DNA of 63,963 nucleotides, counting the filler, from Reticulomyxa filosa (taxonomy: Eukaryota; Protista; Foraminifera): the NCBI GenBank assembly GCA_000512085.1. It is 12 parts of 12 records of this genome, joined end to end, with 100 filler letters (N's around TTAATTAATTAA, not from the genome) between each part and the next. Parts side by side here need not be neighbours in the genome. Positions count along the whole stretch, not along the records: positions 1 to 5,176 come from ASPP01020665.1; positions 5,277 to 6,547 come from ASPP01005818.1; positions 6,648 to 7,854 come from ASPP01011446.1; positions 7,955 to 10,933 come from ASPP01003134.1; 8 more parts are not named here. One strand, 5' to 3'. Under the pieces are notes generated by a model, which ran no database searches, had not been told where the DNA came from, and worked only from the letters and a program-made list of their open reading frames with translations. Positions within the stretch are counted from its first letter, which is position 1, and each line of letters begins with the position of its first letter. A program made the position numbers and the translations under genes. Below, in pieces: positions 1-11,033 of the stretch.

Positions 1-678
1 GGGATACTTCAAATAATAACAATAATAACAATAATAACAATAATAACAATAATAACAATAATAATAATGACAATGATGACTATGATATAGCCAATGCAAG
101 TGCATCGCAGTTGCAAAGAGAGATCGCCCAACACGGTGGACATGGCAGCTCTGGTGACTTGCATAAGCTTAGACTGGCCCAGTCGCGATCGTTTCCAGTG
201 AACTCGGCACTCGTCTCCGGCGACAAAGACGTATACCTTGCGCTGAAAGAGAGGCCGTCGTCGAGAACGGAAGAGGATGAAGATGATGAAGTAGGAGTAG
301 GAGCAGAAGTAAGAGTAGAAGAAGAAGATGAAGAAGAACGGAGCCAGATGTCGACAAAGACAATCATGCGTCCGCCTTCAGCAATAACAATGGCAACAAC
401 AACACAGGGATTAGGCTTGAGCATTTCGCTCCCAAAATATGTGTCCAATCCCTCGGGCCTGTCAAATAAACCAATCGCACGTGCTCCAAACAGTGATTGG
501 ACCGTCTTTTCGCAGAAGTCAGTTGATGACCCGCTACAAGAAAACAAGGTCGCTCCGTTGCATGCACAAGCTCCTCCGATCGTCTTGGGTTCCTCTGCTC
601 ACAACAACATGTTTTGCATTTATTTTTTTTCAGAAAAAAATTAAACACACAAATTAGTGGTTATTTGTAAACATGCGG

Positions 679-738
<60 letters not shown>

Positions 739-2652
739 TACAAAGAGTACTGACCGAATCCGGCTCGCGCGTATCGATGGACAGGAAGACAAAGAAAACG
801 CCTCGCCACGGCAAACTGACCAATAATGAGGAAGACGACGAGGAGGAAGACGCTGGAGACGAGGACCGTGGACAGATGGCAGAGGACGATGATGACGAAA
901 ATAAAGAAAAAGATAAAGAGGGACGAGAACATCTAAAGATAACACTCAACACAAATTCAGTATTAAAACCGGCTTTACATAAAAGTCTAAGTCTTCGAGA
1001 GTCGTATTTACATAAGAAACGCATTAAACAAGCACAAAGAGAAAAGGTTATTCGATCTGTCCAACTGCGCGACTTTTTACAACATGAAAAGGGATTCCGT
1101 TTATTTGCCACACATTTGGCCAAGGAATTTTCCTCCGAGTTTATGTCTCCCCCCTTTTTTTTCTCCTCCCTCTCTTTCTCCTTTTCAATATCCCTTTGGC
1201 ATCTGTTGGTATGTATTTGTTTCCGTTCTCATAGGAATTTGGTATTCGTAATGCAATACTGCCATTTGAAAGTGCAAATGAAACGTAACCAGTTTAATTA
1301 TATGTCTCATTTAAAGAAATGCATATAAAAAATTATATATATGTGTATATATTTATGTGTGAAAGTCTGTTGAGTGCAAGTGAGTACGGATGGAGATTGC
1401 AACTGCCAACATCGATATTGGAAATGTATTCGGTGTCAAAATTGACGGACAAGCTGTCGCACGACGGCTGTGTCCGTCGTTTCAAAGCGCTGTACGACGA
1501 GTACATCAACGAAAATGCGTTTCAATCAATCAATATAAGTTTCCACACTCGTCATTACATTATCAGACAGTGTCAAGATATATTTTCCTCTGCTTTATCG
1601 TCGCCGTTGTCGGAGAAAGTGCCAACAAACGTGACAATGGAAATGCCGATAGTAGTTGCCATTGAAAAGGCGAACAATTCCAGTAATCCTAACAATCCCA
1701 GCAATCTCAACGGCAGCGCGCAAGTGCAGCCCACGCCGATGACCGTTGCTATGATACTCTCAGCGTTGAACCAGACTCAGGCGCCTGTGCACGCCTTGAC
1801 ACCGCAGCAAACGCCGAATCCAGAGCCAGTAGCGGATGACAACGGAAAGGGAGAAAAGGACGCGGACGAGGAGATGCGCGGCTTTGTGACGATGGATTAC
1901 AGAGACGAGCCAGATCAAGAAAAGGAAGCAAAAGAAGAGGAAAAGGAAAAACAAAATGACAAAGAAAATGAAAAAACTGAAAATGAAATAAAAGAACACA
2001 TGGATACAAATAGACAATCCAAGCTTGCCAACAATTCTCCTCATTTGACGTTGATGTCGAGTGCAACTATTCCTAGCGATGACAAAGATAAAGATAAAGA
2101 CAAAAGTGAACAAATATCAACGTATAAAACAGTTAGTGCTGTGATCACTCCAATTGCATCCGATGGCTCCAACGGCGACATATTGACACAGGACAGAGCG
2201 GCCAGTCCTCATGGGATCAATATCAGCATTAAGATCCAACAACACGACTCTCGGCTCCCTGCGCAAGTGCACTCTACTTCGCCAAGTCCGATCCCTACGC
2301 CGGCGTCTCTCGATGAGCCTGTCGATCTGTCCCAAAGCTCTTCTCTTCGCTCGCATCCTTTTCACAAACAAGTGCAACTCAACGACATCCTCCACCAAGT
2401 ACAAGCCTCGTCCCTTCTCTCGCACCCAAGGGCCATTTTATTGCGAGCTTTTGACAGAGCTGCCGAAGAGGTCACTCTTTTTACACAAAAATTTATCTTT
2501 GGAACATCATCGTATTTATTTTGATTTTTTTTTAATTGATTATCACTGTTTAGATATACGAATTAATGGCTCGTGATAGTTTTACTCGATTTGCCGAAAC
2601 AGATGAATTTCATCGCTTTGTCAAGAAATACATGAATACTCTTCGGAGGTGA
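1..2652 (+). CDS. RGS (regulator of G-protein signalling) domain protein, 5'-partial, multi-exon
   Basis: GT-AG introns at 611-745, 1139-1234, 1292-1365 and 2471-2553 join in frame. RGS motifs: LRDFLQHEKGFRLFATHLAKEFSSENLVF, LYDEYINENAFQSINISFHTR, FDRAAEEIYELMARDSFTRFAETDEF. Stop TGA at 2650-2652. Confidence 0.88.
12..70 (+). repeat. (AAT/AAC)n microsatellite, poly-Asn in the coding frame
   Basis: aataataac repeated; in frame with the ORF at 111. Confidence 0.85.
681..738. repeat. (TAA)n intronic microsatellite
   Basis: Pure taa run inside the predicted intron 611-745. Confidence 0.9.
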
Positions 2653-3249
2653 TCACCTCATTTATTACAAAACAAACTTTATGTTTGCTTTTTTTCCAAA
2701 ATTGTTTCATTACTTTTCATTACAATGTAGAAATCTACTTTGAATATTTTCTGTCCTTTTTTGTGTATTTTAACAGAAACACTACAAACTATTTTTTTTT
2801 CTGGATTGTTTTGCTTCATTAAATTTTTTTTTTCTGTTTTGTGGATAACACTGGTATTAAGATGAAAATGTTGTCTAGTTATTTTGGCAAATGGTAATTG
2901 TAATTGATGTTTGTATTTGTTTTTTAAATAGTACGTAGTTTGTGGTGCGTACATGTTCGTAGCTTTGTTCTACAAGATTTGTAAAAAATTTTTTTACCAA
3001 CTCTTTTAAAATAGATCTTGACTGGTAAAAAAAAAGACAGAAGTTCGAAGAGTGTTCCCTTCAAAGTATGAACTTCAAGTAATGTGTGTCATAGATAATC
3101 AAACCTTATACACGACTCCACATTTATGCAGAGGAAATATCAAAAGTACTGGCGCAGAAAGAAAAAGAAGTGTAGACTTAGGACTGACAGTTGAGTCGTT
3201 ATAATAACGGTTCAAATAACAAAGCGCAGAAGAGTGCTTCAAATGATTG

Positions 3250-3850
3250 AGGAAACAATGACGAGATTGAGAATACTAACTCGATTTTGGTCTGTCATTC
3301 AGATTAGATCATTTTTCATTAACAGCAAGGCAATCAACAAAGTATTACTGATACAATAACAATGTCAGTATAATAATGTCGCTGATCGATTGTAATATCG
3401 GAAAATAATACGACAATCATATACGCATTGTACGAAGAATTAAAAGATAACCTTACTACAATTTATTGACATACAAGATAACATTTTGCATATGATAATT
3501 TTATTTGCACATTGAGACAAATATGGACAGAATTGGCAAATAATAAATATATTAGTTTTATTAAAAATTCATTAAGTGTAGTATGTTTGCTGATGACTTT
3601 GCATTTTGGGTAAACAAATGATAAAAATTACACAGACAACAAATTACAATTATTGAACAAAAGTAAATAAATTTGATATTTGGTTGAATAAATATGATTT
3701 CTTTTAAAGATTATAAGACGAATTGTATCAAATTTAGAATAACACTGAATTTACAAAATTCAATTGATATTGCAGCAATTAATCTACAGAAAAGTAAAAC
3801 ATATCAAATAGTCAGATGATTCAATGATAATAATATTATGTTAGTATACA
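3250..3850 (+). mobile_element. Highly decayed non-LTR (LINE) reverse transcriptase remnant
   Basis: MFADDFAFW (YADD-type catalytic motif) at 3583-3609, followed by ISFKDYKTNCIKF...LQKVKHIK (resembles the KT..F / vKYLG region). Many stops and frameshifts. Confidence 0.55.
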
Positions 3851-4619
3851 ATATTTATATTAAGGACAGATTTGAATTTGATTGGTAAATTGCATATGTT
3901 AACTTAATGTATTTACGTAGCAGAAGAAGGAATATATACAACATCTTTATTTAGCAGTTAAGCCTTGCTAAACTCTTTCTTGTTATCAATTCCCTCGATT
4001 GAAAGACTTTTTTTTAATGTTTCTATAAGGTGCAGTCCATTCAACCAAACTTTACCTGTTATCAATATACAAACGTATTTGCGTTCATGCACCTCCAATC
4101 GATGCAAAACAATCTTTTCAAATGATTGAGATTCAATTGGGTTGCTGCGTAAATATCAACGACTTCTTGTGGTGATTCTTGTTAATACTTTCTTCAATAA
4201 AATACAACGATTGATTCTGAATTTTGAATTTCTTTTTTGCGTTCGGAGACATAATCTTGTCGAAATATCGAACAAAATGTAATAATTTGTTTATTCTAGT
4301 TCTTTGGTTCTTGTTTTTCATCACTGCCAATACTTGTTGATTTGATTGTTATTTGCATTGAATTGACCCGCAATCAATTTCAATTCATTTTTTTCACTTG
4401 ATTAACGTTTTCCAAGACTGGGGGAAAGTATGCTTCAGTTTCTTTGCAAATCCTTTTTCCTTAATTCCAATCAATTTTAGGATTAATATTAATTCTCTTC
4501 TATTTACAGGTGTAAAGAAGGCTAATTTTGCATATTCAAATGGTTCTTTTTTTTCCAATGACTTCAGGGTTTTAAAGAATTCTTCCAATTTTCTTAAGGA
4601 AATTCATAAAGAAATTTTT

Positions 4620-5176
4620 TCCAAAATTTTCAATACTGATATACCAAAGAAAAAAAAAGAAATCTTTAGTAAATAATTTCTTTTATAGTAGTTAGATTTT
4701 CTAACATTGTGAGTGAAGTGTGATTTCTTCACTTTTGTTATTGTTTTTGGCAACGTCTTTTATTACAATTCATTTTTTGGAGGCTTCGTCGTTAGTATCT
4801 AGCGTGATGCGTGACTACTTTTAAACTTACGGGTATCTTGTCATCAGTTGCTTTAAGCATAACGTATCCTAATCGGCTCTACTGCAAGCAATATTGGGAC
4901 AAAATACCACTTGGATGATATCACAAAGTCTCCAAATCTCCTAAGAGATCACAATTCAAAAAAGGAAATACAGCGCGGATTTTGATCCAACCTGCTGCAT
5001 TCGCAAAAACTTTAGTATGTGCTGGATGAAGATTGTAGAAAATAAAAAAAAAAAAAATAATATTTACCAACTTCATCATTAATATTAACTTTTCTTAAAA
5101 AGTTGTATTTTGAAAGAGATTGTGGTTGGAAATGTCAAGATACTTCGACATCTCTTAAGTTTTGAAGGAGATTTTG
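4620..5176 (-). repeat. Dispersed repeat, homologous to 8060-8470
   Basis: The reverse complement shares blocks such as caagata..gtaagttt..cgacgaagcc..aataacaaaagtgaaga and aatctctttcaaaatacaactttttaa..aaaagttaatattaa with 8088-8470. Confidence 0.8.
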
Positions 5177-5276
5177 NNNNNNNNNNNNNNNNNNNNNNNN
5201 NNNNNNNNNNNNNNNNNNNNTTAATTAATTAANNNNNNNNNNNNNNNNNNNNNNNNNNNNNNNNNNNNNNNNNNNN
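5177..5276. other. Artificial contig spacer (N44-TTAATTAATTAA-N44), first of 11
   Basis: Identical 100-nt spacers at 5177-5276, 6548-6647, 7855-7954, 10934-11033, 25260-25359, 34408-34507, 44191-44290, 50808-50907, 52528-52627, 60043-60142 and 62752-62851. TTAATTAATTAA gives a stop in all six frames. Confidence 0.98.
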
Positions 5277-5429
5277 GATATTGAATATAAATTATAGTTC
5301 GAAACATAAGAGAATTCTTTCACATTTTAAGGTTTTGGATTTGTCAGAAATACATTTTGTTTCGAGGGAATTGTTGTGTTAAAGTCGAGAGGGAACAAAG
5401 CGAAAAAATCTTGAGATGACAACAGACCC

Positions 5430-6465
5430 TGCCCAACGGACTCCGAGTAGGTAACGATGTGTGCCAGCAGTTTGCATTTCCCTTTTGTATACAAAAGACG
5501 AGTGCATATGGGGAAAGTGGTGCATACACCAAAACAACAAAACAAAGAGCACTGTCATCTCGCAATGTAGACAAAGACATCGAGATGTTGAGACGTTATT
5601 CGAATCGATACTTACAACAAAACCAGCCAAGTGGTTCTCATCAACCCAGTGCGTCTTACCAGGCGGGACAATTGACAGTTTCGAGTGATTTTTGTTTCTA
5701 TTGTGATTTTAGGTGTATTGTTTCCCCCCCCCCCCCTCCCCCTTTTTTTTTTTTAAAAAAAAAAGGGGGGAGAGAAGGGGGGGGGGGAAGACGAAGTTGG
5801 GAGGAAAAAAAAAACAATGAACGCACATGACAACCCCTTCCTATAGACACCCACACATATACATACATACATAGATACATAGATACATATATACATACAT
5901 ATGAATATAAATATCAAACAAGAATTCTAGACCATCAATGTCGAGCATATATACGACAAAAGGAGCAGGTGGGGAAAACAAAAGCGATATGAGCGAGCCG
6001 AACAGAGGCGGGAAGAGCGAGGGCAAAAAGAAAGAGCAATCCGATCACGAGAGACGACGAAGCAATTTGATAAACACCAACTCATTGACTCATTGGGACG
6101 AAACGACAATGGACTCAACGGGCCAAGCGATGGGCGAAGCAATGAGAAACATGATGGAATCCATGCAAACACGTGTGGATGAGGAAAGTCGTGTGCTTTC
6201 GGAAATGGAAGAGCGAGCCAAACAGGACACCAATTTTGCAAAGCTGGAAAACGCAGACAAATGGAGTACCTTGGAGGTTTGTCATTGGCTTAATTCCATT
6301 CACTTGCAAAAGTATATTCCCAGCTTCCATAACTTGTGTATCGACGGAAGCATCCTGTTACAAGACGTGGATGAAAGCATGCTGGCCAATGAATTGGGGG
6401 TCAAAAAAATTCATTTGAAAAAGTGCTTACGTGAAATCACCAAATTGAAAGAAGCTGTTCAATCA
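5430..6465 (+). CDS. SAM-domain protein, partial
   Basis: WSTLEVCHWLNSIHLQKYIPSFHNLCIDGSILLQDVDESMLANELGVKKIHLKKCLREITKL is a typical SAM domain. Probable intron ~5680-5925 with poly-C/T/A/G tracts. The contig ends in an intron. Confidence 0.85.
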
Positions 6466-6647
6466 GTTTTGTGTCTATGTCTTTGGAAAAACAAAAAAAA
6501 ATGCGCATATATACATATATATAATATATATTATATATATGTATATANNNNNNNNNNNNNNNNNNNNNNNNNNNNNNNNNNNNNNNNNNNNTTAATTAAT
6601 TAANNNNNNNNNNNNNNNNNNNNNNNNNNNNNNNNNNNNNNNNNNNN

Positions 6648-6679
<32 letters not shown>

Positions 6680-6688
6680 GTTGCAAAG

Positions 6689-7854
6689 AACTGTGGGTGG
6701 TGACAATGCCAAAGGCCCCATACGGCGAGGTGCTGAAGTGGGTAAACCCGGAGGCGAAAACTCACAGCACGCGCGACCAGTTTTTTGTGATCCACGGACG
6801 ATGGCTATCGCGATACAGCAACGCGAAGAACGCGCAGTGCGAGCAGCGATTGGACCTAACGAAGACGCCGATTTGGATCGACGAGTCGGAGCTGAACAAG
6901 CCGGTGGTGGTGGCGATCGGACCGAACAACACGGACGGCATACGATTGGAGTTTGTCATATACGACGACGCGAAAGAGTGGACAGAGCGGTTGCGGCAAA
7001 GCGCGCAGTACTATCGTTCGTTGGCACCCAACTCGTCGCCAGAGGCGCCGTACTCGTTGGTGGAGAGAGAGTTGGAGATGGAAGTACATCACTTTGATAA
7101 GGCGAAGCGTTTGGGTTGGGCAAACAAGAGGAAGGCGCATCTGTTGTTGGGATGGGATCGGCGCTACTTTATCATCCATAACAACGTGCTGTATTATCTA
7201 AGCAAAGAGCCACAAAAGTTGATTTCGGTGAATAACAAGCAGAAACCTCCCAAAATTGTTATCAATGGTGGCTTCCGCATTAGTGAGGTCGACGCCTGTG
7301 TGGATGATGCCAGTCTGCGGAGTGGACAGCCGCATTGTCTATTGCTCTACCACTTTGACCGAACCATCTTCATCAAGTTTGACGAACGATGGCCGCTCTT
7401 GGAGTTTTACAAGATCTTTCATAAAGATCCCAAATATGTCGATTTTAGCATGTCGCAACAGCCTGTCTTTATTACCAAACAACAAGAAATCGAAACGCAA
7501 AATGTCGACGTTTGGCTCGCTAATCAACAAAAAGAAAAACTATCCAAGTTCCGTCGCAGCAGAAGGACCCAACGACATGTTAGTCTCCCCGGCGCAGAGT
7601 CCAATCGCTTGCGTCCGTCATCCAGAGTTAGCATTGGCGCAAGGAGTGACAACTCGGTCGATGATGTGGATGATCATCCGTTCCATACCGACCAAAAAAC
7701 AGCTACGAATAATGCCAATACCAATACCGCCTCCCCTTCCACAGATGAAAAAACACCCGACCTGGTCAATTACGATTCCGAACCAGTCTTCCATTCCTCT
7801 CACAGAAATGCTGCCAACACCAGTGCTAATACCAATACCAATACCAATACCAAT
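6689..7854 (+). CDS. Protein with two PH-like domains, partial at both ends
   Basis: PH1: GEVLKW...DQFFVIHGRWLSRY...DAKEWTERLRQ. PH2: GWANKRKAHLLLGWDRRYFIIHNNVLYY. Low-complexity NT-repeat tail; the ORF runs into the spacer. Confidence 0.8.
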
Positions 7855-7954
7855 NNNNNNNNNNNNNNNNNNNNNNNNNNNNNNNNNNNNNNNNNNNNTT
7901 AATTAATTAANNNNNNNNNNNNNNNNNNNNNNNNNNNNNNNNNNNNNNNNNNNN

Positions 7955-7997
7955 AAGATATGTTTTAGGCGTTCAGTTTTCTTTGTAACCTACTGTA
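7955..7997 (-). mobile_element. Terminus of a Tc1/mariner-like DNA transposon or MITE (copy 1)
   Basis: Reverse complement reads TA|CAGTAGGTTACAAAGAAAACTGAACGCCTAAAAC. 34/36 identical to 34508-34543; homology ends exactly after the TA. Confidence 0.65.
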
Positions 7998-8059
7998 TCT
8001 ACCTTAAGCCCCCAGTTTCCAGTAAAAGGGTTACTATCCCAGTTACCAGGAGTTTGCAC

Positions 8060-8470
8060 CTCGGTACTCTTAAAGCAATTTAGGTCAAGATATTCGTGAA
8101 GTTTTAAAATCACTTCCACTTGTCACAGTCACATCACACTATATGCCGAACCGACGAAGCCCCTCAAAAAGAACTGCAACAAAAATGTTGGAAAAGAATA
8201 ACAAAAGTGAAGACTTCACTTACAATATTACAAAAACTCAACTACTCAAAAAATCTTGTATCACTATAAAAAAATTTTACTAGTCGAAAATTTCTTTATT
8301 CTTTTTTCTTGGTCTTTGCGAAACTTTCTGAACTGTCTGTGACGAAATCTTCTAAAATAACTTTATTTATTTTTCAAAATTTCTTTCAAAACTTAATAAA
8401 TGTTAAAGTATCTGGTCACTTCCAACGAAATCTCTTCAAAATACAACTTTTTTAACAAAAGTTAATATTA
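8060..8470 (+). repeat. Dispersed repeat, homologous to 4620-5176 (opposite strand)
   Basis: See shared blocks listed for 4620-5176. Confidence 0.8.
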
Positions 8471-8557
8471 ATTTTTTTTTTTCCAGTTTTAATCCACATG
8501 TTTAGACCTTTTTTTCGTTGAATTATTTTTAAAAGAAATTCAGTTTTGCACAAGTTT

Positions 8558-9640
8558 CTAATAAAAATTATCAATTTCAGTCATCACACGAAAATGCCAA
8601 GTATGATCAAGAACAAGACAAGCCCATTTGGAATGTGCAATTTCCACATCAGAAAAATCGTTATACCATTGAATATTAGTATCAAATTCTAATGACGATT
8701 CCTTTGCATTTCCAATTTGTAATGATTCTATGTTTATATCTGTATTTCCTAGTAATAAAATGCTTCGATGTTTGTAATCAAATACAATTTCATATTCCTT
8801 CCATTGTCCATCTTTCAACATATTCACTGCCTTTGTTATCGATGATTTTGCTTTGTATCTATTCAAATCAAACAGAGATAGATATATTTTTTTCTTTTTG
8901 AAATTCAAATATGCTACAATAAATAATACATAGGTTGTGTATTGATCCATTCATTGTAATAACCCCACAATGATATTATTTCGACATCTTTTTGATAATA
9001 CCAATTTTCATCATTTCCTTTTTGAAATCCAAATCCCTTTAAAAGGTATTCCATTTTTTCTAACATAATTTTTTCATTAATCTTTAATCGAAAACATTTA
9101 CTTTTTAAATTGTCATATAAATTACGATCACTAATTTGACGATATTTAGTTTCTTTGGGATAATTCAAAAGGTTCCACAATATTTGCAAACACATTTCTC
9201 GTAGTATTCCTAATTCTTTTCTATTTTATCAAAGCCAAAAAAAATTATTCAACAAATATTTGTGTATTTATATTTATACACACAGATTTAAACTCGTCAA
9301 TCTTGGGAATGTAAGAAATCTGTTCCAATTTTGCAAATGCATTAGCGTAATTGTGCTTACATTCATCAAATATTTTCAAGATTGTTTGTTTATTAACTCG
9401 ATCATTAAAATCTTCGAATAATCTTATCAATGACTCTTGTTGTTGGTGGCGTAGGCTAAAATTTTTAAAAATTTTTTAAAAAATTTCAAATTAATCTGTG
9501 TTTAGTTTTTTTTTAAACTTTTTCTCAGTAATGAAACGCAAAACCGCAGTTGCCTCAGAGATGTCCTCGCTGCAATATTTCCAAATAGTTGAAATCATTT
9601 CGCTTTTGATCTTAGGAAAAGATTGTTGAAGTTGTTCCAT
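8558..9640 (-). CDS. PUB-domain protein with N-terminal CUE/UBA-like helical repeats, multi-exon
   Basis: ATG at 9640 (MEQLQQSFPKIKSEMISTIWKYCSEDISEA) and a second similar unit (LFEDFNDRVNKQTILKIFDECKHNYANA). PUB-like LQILWNLLNYPKETKYRQIS...YLLKGFGFQK. Last exon ends at 8558, possibly truncated. Confidence 0.7.
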
Positions 9641-9891
9641 TTGTCTATTAGCTATTATTGCTTTTTATTAGATGAAATAAAGGCCTTAATTTAAAAAAAC
9701 AAAATGTTTACCCCTGTTGGTAAAATAATTTTCTTTTTTTTTGAACAGTATTGCAGCTTGAAAATGGTTTATAATTCAATTTTTAAATCCAATTCAAATT
9801 TATTCAATTTACTGCATTTGTGGCGTCTCTTTTTGTAGCCTTTTTAATTCGGAACGTGCAAAGCACTCGGTATTTGTGGATAGAGTAGGAA

Positions 9892-10316
9892 ATGACGGGC
9901 GTGCATGGTGAGAAGAGTGGAGATGCTGACAACAACAAAGATAGAAAAAAACCAAGTGGCATTATATCCCCTTGGACGACTAAAACGAGTAACCTTCGAT
10001 CAGAAATGGAGGCGGAGGGCTATCGTGAGCAGTTGGAAAATGCAATGGCGAAAATTAAAGAGAAAAAAAGGAGGTGTTTATGGTGCGACAGGAACAACAA
10101 CGAGTTTATGATGAGATTCGCATTGTGAAGATGAAATTGCAATGGTCCAAACAAAAGGGTCGAGGAAATAATCACATACGAGCTGAAATGCAAAACGCTG
10201 ACAAGATGAAAGCCAAAAACGAACAGCTGACAAAAAATATCGAACTGAAAGATGCTCAAATCGGCACATTATCCAAGCAACTGCAACAACTCGAATTCAT
10301 CAACAACACCGTTTAA
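9892..10316 (+). pseudogene. Frameshifted coiled-coil protein fragment
   Basis: Overlapping ORFs 9892-10128 and 10074-10316 are both E/K/Q-rich heptad-like and switch frame near 10075. Confidence 0.4.
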
Positions 10317-11033
10317 GTCAATTAACTGTTGACACTCCTTCGAAATAGTGGCACTGTTCTGTCATTGAATGCCATCAAAACTACTCACTAAACGTTTTTC
10401 AAGCAACGTATATATCACCAGAATGTCCATCGTCAATCCCGACGTCTCCGTTTCCAAATCTTTTCATTTTTTGCTCAAAATGCAAAACTTAATTTTATGA
10501 TCAATTAATGAGCACATACATGCATCCAATCGTATTACACTTATGAAATTACAACTTTTCGACCTTTTCTTTTGTTTTAAAAAATATCCAGAGTACTTCA
10601 ATTCGAATTTATATTAAAATAAGCAATTCATTACACTTTGTGAATAAGCAAGTGCTAATGGATTGCACGTGGTGAAAGCCGAAAATAAAATTACCAGGAT
10701 TCCGCCAGATTCGTGGCAAGAATGAGGACCACAACTTCAACCCTGAAGAACAGCTGCATAGCAAATCCCTTATATGAATGTGCCGCTGTATCCCGGAGAC
10801 CTCTTGTATATTCCACACAATAATTGATACCACAATTATTCTCATTGCTTGTATTTCCTTTAATTGATGTTCCCAAACTCGGCTATATACGCTTGCAATA
10901 ACCTATTCACTTGTTGATACATTATGCTTGTTTNNNNNNNNNNNNNNNNNNNNNNNNNNNNNNNNNNNNNNNNNNNNTTAATTAATTAANNNNNNNNNNN
11001 NNNNNNNNNNNNNNNNNNNNNNNNNNNNNNNNN

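Noticed and set aside
10550-10933. Possible LINE endonuclease fragment
   Set aside because: Only a weak VIASVY resemblance; no further motifs.
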